A stretch of 64,000 nt of DNA from a virus. How positions within the stretch are numbered: position 1 is the first letter of the stretch; every line of letters starts with the position of its first letter. The stretch is from positions 124,018 through 188,017 of the IMG/VR virus record IMGVR_UViG_3300032315_001401; one strand, written 5' to 3'. The position numbers and the translations under genes were made by a program. This document shows, in pieces, positions 49,001 through 56,898 of the stretch. The notes under the pieces are model-generated. The model was not told the DNA's origin. It saw only the letters and a program-made list of their open reading frames with translations, and did not search any database.

Positions 49001-51793
49001 GCGAGGAAGATCTCTAACTTGATCATCCGTAACTCTCAAGTTAATATTATTTGTACTAGAAGCACCTGGAGTATGAACTCTTCCAGTTAAATCAGTAGTA
49101 GAGTATGTAAATGACATATCATTTACAACAGAAGCAACTCGGAATCTTCCATTGTATCCACGATTATATGTTCCTGCAGTATTACTACTATCAGTTACAT
49201 TTTTGATAATTACAATATCTCCAGTATTCAAATCGTGTGGAAGTTCAGATAAAACTGTAATTGTTCCTGAACTTTCTGTACAAGTTGTAATAAATCTCTG
49301 ATTTTTATTATAATTGTAATCGGTACTTGCAATACTGGTTCTTGTAAAATCATTAGGTCTTGCACCGGTTGTGCTAGAATTTTGAATAATAAATCCATTT
49401 TCCGGATCTTTTGCACCGGAAAGTTCTTTTGGAATTACCGCTCGGATCTTATAAACTCTCTCATCCAAACTTCTCTCATCAATAATTCTTTTGACATAAG
49501 TAAGATCTGTTGTCTCACTTAATTCTGCAACTCCAAGAGTATTGAGTTGATTATAAATTTGGTTTGCACTATTTACAGTAACATACCAGTTTCCTGCAGC
49601 AGAGTCAAATTGAATTGGTGATCCAATATCGCCAGCAATTTTATCAGAAACTCTACTATGAACTTTCAGTTGAGTTCCACCATAAAGAGTCAGTGCTTCA
49701 TTATTCAGAGCGTTTGTGAATGATGTCCCAAGTTTGATTTGAGTAGAATTAACACGAATTGCATAATAAACAACATGAGGAGTTACATTTTCAGGTAAAT
49801 CGCCAGTTTCACTATTGATAATAATCTTTTCACCAGTTTGAATCGTATGAGTTCCAAGAGTTAAAATTGAGGAAGATACGCTGGTCACATCATATGACTT
49901 GATGGAACTTGTAACTCCATCCTGCATGTAAATGTTTGCAGAATATTCAGTGCCACTAATTGAAAGATAAAGTTTATCATTTACTCTTGCACCAATTCGG
50001 TATCCTTGAGTGACACTTACAGGAATACTATCTGGCGCATTTAATCCATAGAGATATAATTTACTTCCAGTTGGATTATAAATTGCATTGGTTGTCAATG
50101 AAACATCGAGTGACAACCATTCAATATCCTCTTCTACTAAACTAATGTCTCTTGGACCAATAATGGATGTAATAAAAGCATTATTATCTTTTGCAAATGC
50201 TGCTGCCTTATACCCATCAGAGTTAAGTGAGATTTGTCCAAAGTTAGAGTTAGAGTTAGTGATTGAGGCATCACCACCAGACTCAAGATCAAAGTGCTTG
50301 TTAAATCCAATTGCGAAAACTGATACGATTTGAATAAAAGCATCATTTGTCACTTTAATGTGACTTGTTTCCCATCCATTACGATAGATGGCATTTGGAT
50401 CTAGGTGATAAATTTTTGTGGTATCAGTTTGGGAAGCACCTGTCGGCAAGTCTCCACCAGTGACAGTGCTATAAATGACCCCATTATAAGATCTTGTTTG
50501 TTTATCATACTTTACAAAAGCACGATCATCTTTTTGAAGTGACACAGCGGTAAACTGTGCTACAACCATTGAACGGAATCCTGATGCTTTGCTTCCATCA
50601 GCGTGCATTCCATTCATACCCCAAACTGATCTCAATGAACAGTTAAAGATATAAGGAGACGCTCCAGATACTGTATCAGTCTCTACAGTTACAGTTGCTG
50701 CTGATGCACTTGGAGTGGCAGGTAGAGTGATTGGGAATGTTTCAAGTAAATATGTAAATTGAGTATCGCTAATAACAGATTGAACAATTGTAGCGATATT
50801 ATATTCTGGTGAAGAAACTCCTTTGATTTTAATTGGAGTTCCTAGATTCAAATTATGTGCATCTGAAGTTGTTACAGTAACTTGCGTGCTTGCTGTGGTT
50901 CCATTGCCAGAAAAAATTGAAGCAATTGATACTGGATCTGATGCAAATGCACCAACAATTTGCCATTCTGGATTTCTCTTTGCAAAATCTTCACTACTTG
51001 CAGGAAACTTCGCAGTTGTTGGAATTGGACGATATGAATTAAAAGCATTCGATAACTTGCTATAATACATATCAAGGTCAGTTAGACCATAAGTTCCAAC
51101 TTCATTGACACCATCAGCATACTCAAAGCAAGTCAGTTTGTGATGAGAGAATCTTGGTTTTGATTGATAATTGCTTGTGAAGAATGTTGGGTGGGTATAA
51201 ACAAGACCAGAATCATCTCCATCAAAGAAAGAAAACTGCCAGAAATAGCAAGCACCAGTAACTCTAAAAATTGCTGATTTAGCAACTAATGGATCTGTTG
51301 GGTTAGGAACATACTTTGGTCTGACTTTTGTTTTTCTTAAGTCAAGACCTACGATAGAGGTGCCTCTGGGAACTACAACACCACCATTAATACTATTAAA
51401 CTTATAGAGAATATTATCTTCTTGCGTTAAGTCAAAATTGGAATCTAATTCCAATGATAATACACCTTGTGCAGGAGATCCAATTCCTCCCGTTGGTGGG
51501 ACTGCATAGGCAGACCCACCATTATCATAAATTGCATAACCAGGTCTATTATCAATTAAATGCTCACCTGGCCAAACTAAAATAGTTGTCTTTTCTACTA
51601 AATCATTATCCTTTCCATTCACAAAAGAAAATCTTGCCGCTTCTAGCAGTGCTCTTTGTATGGTTTTAAACGGTTGAGCAAGAGAGTTGCCAGTATTCGT
51701 AATTGAATCTGTAGCGTCTAAATCATTTGGATTTACATATAATGTACGTCCGTCAACATTTTTGATAAAGTTGTCAAGTTTGTTGAGTGGCAT
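46004..51793 (-). CDS. Large tail fibre/baseplate-associated protein with C-terminal S74 chaperone
   Basis: TLYVNP...PFKTIQRAL N-terminus; SDRRLKDNI...GVIAQE...YQKLVPLLIEAIKEL; CTAAATA at 51826-51832. Confidence 0.85.
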   Translation of the reverse strand: MPLNKLDNFIKNVDGRTLYVNPNDLDATDSITNTGNSLAQPFKTIQRALLEAARFSFVNGKDNDLVEKTTILVWPGEHLIDNRPGYAIYDNGGSAYAVPPTGGIGSPAQGVLSLELDSNFDLTQEDNILYKFNSINGGVVVPRGTSIVGLDLRKTKVRPKYVPNPTDPLVAKSAIFRVTGACYFWQFSFFDGDDSGLVYTHPTFFTSNYQSKPRFSHHKLTCFEYADGVNEVGTYGLTDLDMYYSKLSNAFNSYRPIPTTAKFPASSEDFAKRNPEWQIVGAFASDPVSIASIFSGNGTTASTQVTVTTSDAHNLNLGTPIKIKGVSSPEYNIATIVQSVISDTQFTYLLETFPITLPATPSASAATVTVETDTVSGASPYIFNCSLRSVWGMNGMHADGSKASGFRSMVVAQFTAVSLQKDDRAFVKYDKQTRSYNGVIYSTVTGGDLPTGASQTDTTKIYHLDPNAIYRNGWETSHIKVTNDAFIQIVSVFAIGFNKHFDLESGGDASITNSNSNFGQISLNSDGYKAAAFAKDNNAFITSIIGPRDISLVEEDIEWLSLDVSLTTNAIYNPTGSKLYLYGLNAPDSIPVSVTQGYRIGARVNDKLYLSISGTEYSANIYMQDGVTSSIKSYDVTSVSSSILTLGTHTIQTGEKIIINSETGDLPENVTPHVVYYAIRVNSTQIKLGTSFTNALNNEALTLYGGTQLKVHSRVSDKIAGDIGSPIQFDSAAGNWYVTVNSANQIYNQLNTLGVAELSETTDLTYVKRIIDERSLDERVYKIRAVIPKELSGAKDPENGFIIQNSSTTGARPNDFTRTSIASTDYNYNKNQRFITTCTESSGTITVLSELPHDLNTGDIVIIKNVTDSSNTAGTYNRGYNGRFRVASVVNDMSFTYSTTDLTGRVHTPGASSTNNINLRVTDDQVRDLPRFERNDIQQNLYIYRNEVISSYVEGQQDGIYHLYILNANNAITEEFTNLKYSQSPVDLYPQLDRDNINSNPPAAKTFALRAPIGDTNTSDLKKSITRETVDKFVTSLGIGQPITSVSSVDPATSATLTFGRNHGLGSIALGTLTSAATYNDGTYYDVKLLNGNADPLVGTWKGATAKVVVSGGGVISADIISAGSGYTNGDALYFDSTRIGAGNGGARYTLSTAGISTGIGEVVQITGIGTTSDSYHRISAINSTTQISIAKTAGDPTPVVGQYVITIAPSSRITTTSYSSATGITTFTTTTPHGLLAGNKFRVIDSSNNNAGDYLVKERVGVTTFTAITNQSLSVTDGYVLKHGLSANDAISDIREENFGIRQTSFYGNEIVRLTVAITDDSAATTLQVSSIASGIGTGARFSMGSYIQIDNEVMRITSSSNDSQFTVIRGVLGTRKESHDAGSLIRKINPIPVEFRRPSILRASGHTFEYLGYGPGNYSTGLPQIQVRSLTEREDFLVQSQERSGGIVVYTGMNNNGDFFSGNTKTSSTSGEITSYDIPTPTVTGEDPSKSSVVYDEVTVKERLLVEGGDSGTILSQFDGPVTFNKQIRAKDAVTFSGQVRITNTATSDSSGKGALTVKGGVGIGENLNVAGNSTFTGSVNVNTLLNIDNLRLDGNVLSSTNTNGNIIFTPNGTGVVVVSSDLRIGGNDIQASDGNTNITLTSNTLTTIAGDLKINGNDIQASDGNTNITLTSNTLTTIAGDLRIGGNDIQASDGSVSISLSGSDATIAGDLKINGNDIKASDGSTAITLSGSDAIIAGDLKINGNDIKASDGSVSISLSGSDAIIAGDLKINGNDIKASDGSTAITLSGTNVTVAGTLNVSGNTTLGDTDTDVTTINGELRVTQDIIAYYSSDRRLKDNIVPIDNSLSKILSISGNTYDWNEKSNKSGNDVGVIAQEILEVLPEAVITRDNGYLAVDYQKLVPLLIEAIKELSNKVENLEQKLQDK
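46441..46925. repeat. Six DLKINGNDI(K/Q)ASDG repeats (87-90 nt period)
   Basis: Units at 46441, 46528, 46615, 46702 (87 nt apart) then two about 90-nt units. Confidence 0.85.
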
Positions 51794-51828
51794 TTTATTA
51801 TAACTTCTAAAATATTTCTATGTTTTAT

Positions 51829-52122
51829 TTAGTTAGTGAGATCCTCCTCATTAAGACCATCTGGCAAGTCTTCTGGGTTTTCCAAATCAACATCAAAGAA
51901 GCAAGGATGCGCTTCCTCATCTATCAAATAGAAAGAATTTAAGTATAAGTCTTCTGGTTCATATGCTAGATATTTGTCTGCTTCTCTACAAAGATCCTGA
52001 TCATATAAATGCCCTTCAGGAAGTTCATCAAAGGTAAATGGAATCTCGTTGATGAAATACATTTTCACAATCATACTGCCATTGTTATACCAACAGTATG
52101 CGTGAGTGATTTTATAAGACAT
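51829..52122 (-). CDS. Conserved cyanophage hypothetical protein
   Basis: IVKMYFINEIPFTFDELP; ATAAATA at 52144-52150. Confidence 0.7.
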   Translation of the reverse strand: MSYKITHAYCWYNNGSMIVKMYFINEIPFTFDELPEGHLYDQDLCREADKYLAYEPEDLYLNSFYLIDEEAHPCFFDVDLENPEDLPDGLNEEDLTN

Positions 52123-52146
52123 AGGATGTATTCCCATATCTTATAT

Positions 52147-52587
52147 TTATTTTTTATTCTTACCCCTATAGGTGTCTGTTTGAGCGTGACAGTTGGGGCA
52201 CAGGATACGAAGGTTTTCTAAACGATTATCGTGATGGTTGCCGTTTATGTGGTCTAATTCTATAGGTGCTGGTTTTCCATTCCATTCAGTTATGCCACAG
52301 CACTCACACTTATGTTGTTTGAGACCTTCTGTAATTAATCTTTTTTTCAATCCGTGTGATGAATATGATATTTTTCTTTCATTTGTTAAAAGTTCTTCAA
52401 TTGGTGCAGGATTATACCCAGAAATTTTAAAATGATTAAAATCCAAATTTAACTCTATTGCTCTTTTTTTAAGTAAGGAATTTGTAGATTTGGACTTATT
52501 TAAGTAAAAAGCAACCTCTGTAAAACTTTTACATTTTGGTATAGCATCAATTAATTGTTCGTCTTTCCAAGTGGGTTTTTGTCCCAT
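52147..52587 (-). CDS. HNH endonuclease (putative free-standing homing endonuclease)
   Basis: CECC...ELDHINGNHHDNRLENLRILCPNCH. Confidence 0.9.
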   Translation of the reverse strand: MGQKPTWKDEQLIDAIPKCKSFTEVAFYLNKSKSTNSLLKKRAIELNLDFNHFKISGYNPAPIEELLTNERKISYSSHGLKKRLITEGLKQHKCECCGITEWNGKPAPIELDHINGNHHDNRLENLRILCPNCHAQTDTYRGKNKK

Positions 52588-52610
52588 ATTTACCTTATAA
52601 TAGTTATTAT

Positions 52611-52618
52611 TATTTATA
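52611..52618 (-). promoter_or_regulatory. T4-type late promoter TATAAATA
   Basis: Exact match 23 nt upstream of the HNH start codon. Confidence 0.7.
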
Positions 52619-52664
52619 TAATAACTGGTTGGAAATAATAAAATATTTGTTTTCTACCATTTTA

Positions 52665-52737
52665 TAGGCGTGGTCGGATTCGAACCGACCCTGGAGGCGT
52701 TTTAAGCGCCCTGTCTCTGCCGCTGGACTACACGCCC
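52665..52737 (-). tRNA. trnL-UAA: tRNA-Leu(UAA), short variable loop
   Basis: Acceptor GGGCGTG/CACGCCT, anticodon loop CTTAAAA, T-arm GTCGG-TTCGAAT-CCGAC, A73; no encoded CCA. Confidence 0.88.
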
Positions 52738-52779
52738 GTGTATGAGACCATTATAAACTCAAAGAGTTCTAATAGTCAA

Positions 52780-52851
52780 TGCTCGTTGTCGGTTCTGCCC
52801 CGACCTTCGGCGCTTTATGAGAACGCTGCATTCCTAGATTGCTAAACGAGC
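52780..52851 (-). tRNA. tRNA with CAU anticodon (elongator Met or Ile2), atypical T-loop
   Basis: Acceptor GCTCGTT/AACGAGC, loop CTCATAA, T-arm GTCGG-GGCAGAA-CCGAC; lacks initiator features. Confidence 0.8.
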
Positions 52852-52874
52852 ATTCGCTATTCGCAAACAGCGAA

Positions 52875-52946
52875 TGGGAATACTGGGAGTTGAACCCAGA
52901 CTAAGCCCTTATAAGGAGCCCGCTCTAACCATTAAGCTATACTCCC
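52875..52946 (-). tRNA. trnI-UAU: tRNA-Ile(UAU)
   Basis: Acceptor GGGAGTA/TATTCCC, loop CTTATAA, T-arm CTGGG-TTCAACT-CCCAG. Confidence 0.9.
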
Positions 52947-52994
52947 ATAAAAGTTGCCTTGAAGCAACATATAAGACCTATATGTGGTCTTGAC

Positions 52995-53165
52995 TCAACT
53001 TCCCTCTTCGTGATCAGTGTGTATTCGTATGAGTTCGTCATCTGCGGGCGCCATAACCGCCGCGTTACCATTTTCATCTATTATTCCTAAACTTTCTCCA
53101 TTTTCAACTCGTTCCATAAGTTCATCAAAACGATCTTGAAATTCTTCTACTGTAAAAACTTCCAT
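52995..53165 (-). CDS. Phd/YefM antitoxin-like small protein
   Basis: Hand-translated MEVFTVEEFQDRFDELMERVENGESLGI...NAAVM. Confidence 0.55.
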   Translation of the reverse strand: MEVFTVEEFQDRFDELMERVENGESLGIIDENGNAAVMAPADDELIRIHTDHEEGS

Positions 53166-53168
53166 TTC

Positions 53169-53360
53169 TTAAAAAGGATTACTATATGCTAGGCAATCAT
53201 CACTTACCTGAGTACGCACAACTTCCAGTACATTCATGAACTGCTCAACATTTTCACATTCTACAACTCTTTCACTACCTTCACTTGAATAAAGATAGAA
53301 CTTACGTGCCAGAGTATCCACGACGCAGCGGGACAGAAACTCTTCGGTGTTGGCAGGCAT
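53169..53360 (-). CDS. Conserved cyanophage hypothetical protein
   Basis: VVDTLARKFYLYSSEG...EQFMNVL. Confidence 0.7.
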   Translation of the reverse strand: MPANTEEFLSRCVVDTLARKFYLYSSEGSERVVECENVEQFMNVLEVVRTQVSDDCLAYSNPF

Positions 53361-53385
53361 TTGGTCTTGTGTCGATTACCTTGAT

Positions 53386-53414
53386 ATTATAGGGCATCCG
53401 GGCGCGGGTGTCAA
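53386..53414 (-). promoter_or_regulatory. Consensus sigma70 promoter TTGACA-N17-TATAAT driving the tRNA operon
   Basis: -35 53414-53409, -10 53391-53386. Confidence 0.85.
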
Positions 53415-54034
53415 GCGTATAGACTCAGACCAAAAAATTGAGTCACACAAATTCTACCATTTAAGTCATTCAAATTCTCCGAATCCATAGAAATTTTAGA
53501 AACTTCATGTTTAATGTTAGATGGAAATATTACAGTACAATTGTTAGATACTTCAATTGTTATATCATAGTCAGTAAATGTTAAACTACCACCTTCAAAT
53601 TTTTTAGGTTGTTTATAAAACCAAGTTAGGCAAGTCAAAAATGCACTATCAGTATGTGGATGATAATAATTTCCATTTTCATAATAAGAAATGAGAGTAT
53701 TATCTTGATTAAAGAATATATTTTTAAAAAACCAACTGGGGTGATTATTATAAATTTCTTCTTTGTTTAATATGAGTTTTTTACCTACTTTGTAGATATT
53801 TGAAAAATCAAATTCTTTATAGATATCTGTAATCCATAATCCTGAATTATTTTTCTTATAAACTTTTTCACCATCAACTGTGTCATAAGCACTTCCGGTT
53901 TTTTCTGGCGAATTAAATTTCTTACTATAATAAAGAAATTTAAGTTCATCCCAAATTAAATTTAATTCATCCTCTGTAAAGGTATTCTTTATTGCTATGA
54001 AGGGAAATGGATTTTCATAATGCGTTATTTTCAT
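53411..54034 (-). CDS. Fe(II)/2OG oxygenase, prolyl-hydroxylase-like
   Basis: YYENGNYYHPHTD...FEGGSL...FPSNIKHEV...R. Confidence 0.88.
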   Translation of the reverse strand: MKITHYENPFPFIAIKNTFTEDELNLIWDELKFLYYSKKFNSPEKTGSAYDTVDGEKVYKKNNSGLWITDIYKEFDFSNIYKVGKKLILNKEEIYNNHPSWFFKNIFFNQDNTLISYYENGNYYHPHTDSAFLTCLTWFYKQPKKFEGGSLTFTDYDITIEVSNNCTVIFPSNIKHEVSKISMDSENLNDLNGRICVTQFFGLSLYA

Positions 54035-54113
54035 AATTAAAAAATTAATATAATTTATTAGTTAAACAATTTTATAATAAAATAGAAGAAAGTAATATTT
54101 TTAATGTGTATAA

Positions 54114-54671
54114 TTAATGATTATTTAAATAATCTTCCACTGGTCTATGGCACCCAAACATCCACAAAATTCTTGAGGTGTTTCCTTCTACTTCAGTTAC
54201 ATAATGAGACTCTTCTGATGCATAATAGCAATGAAGATCTCCCACAGATATATCTCTAAAAACATTATTAATATAAAGTTTTCCCCCAGATTCTGCAGAT
54301 TGAGTTAAAATATTACATCTAAATGTCGCAAGACCCTCTTTAGATCTAGGGTCCATATGTTTATATACATTACCTCCAGGAAAAGTAACAGATGTTACTA
54401 TACCCTCGCTTCCATGCCCATGTATTACTGGATAATTTTTAATATTTAAAAATTCTTGGATTTGATTTGAAATTTCATAAACAATAAGTGGATATTTTTT
54501 ATCATTCATATACATTCTACTAGTAAGTCTTTGTCTATATGCAAAAGATGTCCCCCAAGATTCTTTAGTTATACCAGGACCAATCCAACCACTTTTTACT
54601 CCAAGAATTGATATTTCATTTAATAATTTGCATTTTTCTTTAGATAAAAAATTTGGAAAATGCAACATCAA
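54114..54671 (-). CDS. Fe(II)/2OG oxygenase
   Basis: VYKHMD...SGGKL...ESHYVTEVEG..SR. Confidence 0.8.
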   Translation of the reverse strand: MMLHFPNFLSKEKCKLLNEISILGVKSGWIGPGITKESWGTSFAYRQRLTSRMYMNDKKYPLIVYEISNQIQEFLNIKNYPVIHGHGSEGIVTSVTFPGGNVYKHMDPRSKEGLATFRCNILTQSAESGGKLYINNVFRDISVGDLHCYYASEESHYVTEVEGNTSRILWMFGCHRPVEDYLNNH

Positions 54672-55621
54672 ATTAAATCGGTTGAATATTCAAACATCTC
54701 AAATTCCTCTAAACATCTTTCTTGTATCGCTTTCATAGATTCTTCCGTATATACATCAACATACCTCTCTCCATTGATATCATTAAGTTTTTGATTTGAC
54801 CATTTTACACCATTTTGCTCAAAAAAAGATTTACCCTGTGTATTCAAATCTTCAAATTTTATAATTTTTAAACGCTCATCATACCCATTAAGGAAAAAAG
54901 TTTGTCTTTGCATAAAATAGTAGTGATCATAATTTCCTTCTGATAAAGAAATTGCAAAATCATTAAAATTAGTTTCTACTTCTGGAAATTCCAAATTGCC
55001 AGGCAATCCATAAACTCTAGACCACTTCCATAAACTATAAATTCTATCATATGGATTTCTAACAATCGATATAAATTTTACTCTTTCATCATTTGATAAT
55101 TCTATATATTTTTTCACAAACGAAATTCTAGGAGCATTTTTGATTGGAATAGAAAAAATATTATTATTTACAAAAGGATCCAAAATTTTAGATGTTTCTA
55201 TGGATTCTTTTATTCTAGATTTTATAAAAGTTCCTGCAGTTTTGGGAATGTGAATATAAATCCATGCTTCTTTATCCTGATCGGTTAAATCATTTTGAGA
55301 ATTTAAAATATTATTTAAGGTTTCATCATTTCCGGCAGTGCTACTACCATTTAAAACATATATTTCTTTAGTTTCATCAAAAGTTACATCAGGAAAACTT
55401 TTTTCAGTATAAGATTCTAATGCATCAAGATATGGTTGCAAAATTGAAACATCATTAAAGGTTGTATTCACTATAGAATCTTGCTTAAATTCAACAGTTC
55501 CTTCACCATTTTCCCATTCTATACGTTCTATATGGGTATCATTAAAATTCCACTCTGGGATATTTAATGATTCTTCATCGGTTTTTATCCACCTCATTGA
55601 TGGAACAATGGTTATTTTCAT
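54668..55621 (-). CDS. Fusion: small N-terminal domain plus C-terminal sulfotransferase
   Basis: HIPKTAG and VRNPYDRIYS in the C-terminal 200 aa; unrelated N-terminal ~105 aa; CTAAATA at 55643-55649. Confidence 0.78.
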   Translation of the reverse strand: MKITIVPSMRWIKTDEESLNIPEWNFNDTHIERIEWENGEGTVEFKQDSIVNTTFNDVSILQPYLDALESYTEKSFPDVTFDETKEIYVLNGSSTAGNDETLNNILNSQNDLTDQDKEAWIYIHIPKTAGTFIKSRIKESIETSKILDPFVNNNIFSIPIKNAPRISFVKKYIELSNDERVKFISIVRNPYDRIYSLWKWSRVYGLPGNLEFPEVETNFNDFAISLSEGNYDHYYFMQRQTFFLNGYDERLKIIKFEDLNTQGKSFFEQNGVKWSNQKLNDINGERYVDVYTEESMKAIQERCLEEFEMFEYSTDLI

Positions 55622-55650
55622 TATTTTTAATTTGCTATTGGATATTTAGA

Positions 55651-56886
55651 TTAAGTTATTGAACCATTATACTGTATTCCACCATATACTGCACCACTTC
55701 CCGAATATGCATACGAAGCACCGGAAGTTATAATAATTCCGTATCCATTTGATCCTGCAGGTCCTCCTGTTCCCTTTGGTTGGTTTCCTGAAACTCCATC
55801 TTGTCCGTTTTGAGGAGCATTACTTGGATCACCACCCGGTCCACCATTACCAGCTACAGCTCCACCACCACTACCACCAGAACCACCCAATCCTCTAACT
55901 GTATCTGTCGAATCATTTCCATTACCACCTACTCCACCAAAACCATAATAACCATTAGATGACCCAAATCCTTTGGTTCCAATAGGAAGTCCAGCACCAC
56001 CACCACCGCCACCTCCGGAGGAACCAGCATCTTGTTGGTTTTTATCTGGGTCATTCGCAGATGTTCCACCGACTCCACCACCACCATGCCCACATTGAAT
56101 ATAACCATTATTAGTTAAAGATGTCCCATATTCTATGCCTAAAGCACTAGTTCCATTTCCCCCCGGATTTAAAGTGTAAGAACTATATGTTACACTCCAG
56201 TTCCTACGCGCTTCATATATCCCCAATCCACCTTTACCAAATGGAATAACCGTGTAATTACCAGGATACCAACCAGAAGTCCAATCTCCAGCAGGTGGAC
56301 CAGGTTCGGAATTTTTACACCAAATTGGACCTCGTAATGATCCTTTTATATCTCTATAACCAACACAATAACTTGCATAAACAGCAGTTCCACTTTCGGT
56401 TACTGTAGTTACGCTGTAATCCCCACCTCTTCCTCCCGCACCAAATATAGCCGCATTTGAACCCAAAAGAACTTCAAGAGATGCTGATGTTCCCCAAGTA
56501 CCAGTTCTCAATGCTACATTGCTGATAGCTCCGGCAGCAGATCCTATTCTTTTATTGACACTGACTAATATTCTTTTTTGACTTGGATCTGCAGGTTTAG
56601 ACTTAAACCCCCCGATTACACTAATGCCACTATTTTGATCATATTTTGATCGCATATTAACTCTATATTCTTCACCACCAGATATATCTAGAACGATGTT
56701 TAATCGTTTTCCCCTCAATTGACTAAAACTAATTGGACCACTTTGAGGAATTCCTGAATCAAGAGGTAAATTTGAATAAAGAGCTGCTGATTGTGATATT
56801 CTATATGCTCCCAAAGATTTGGATCCATTTCGTCCAAACTCCGATTCTATATCAGAAAAGTTTATACGACCGCTTGGAGTAGGCAT
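55651..56886 (-). CDS. Glycine-rich tail-associated structural protein, paralogue B
   Basis: SGRINFSDIESEFG N-terminus; shares NDPDKNQQDAGSSGGGGGGGAG with 42307-43308. Confidence 0.7.
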   Translation of the reverse strand: MPTPSGRINFSDIESEFGRNGSKSLGAYRISQSAALYSNLPLDSGIPQSGPISFSQLRGKRLNIVLDISGGEEYRVNMRSKYDQNSGISVIGGFKSKPADPSQKRILVSVNKRIGSAAGAISNVALRTGTWGTSASLEVLLGSNAAIFGAGGRGGDYSVTTVTESGTAVYASYCVGYRDIKGSLRGPIWCKNSEPGPPAGDWTSGWYPGNYTVIPFGKGGLGIYEARRNWSVTYSSYTLNPGGNGTSALGIEYGTSLTNNGYIQCGHGGGGVGGTSANDPDKNQQDAGSSGGGGGGGAGLPIGTKGFGSSNGYYGFGGVGGNGNDSTDTVRGLGGSGGSGGGAVAGNGGPGGDPSNAPQNGQDGVSGNQPKGTGGPAGSNGYGIIITSGASYAYSGSGAVYGGIQYNGSIT

Positions 56887-56898
56887 TGAAAATCCTCC

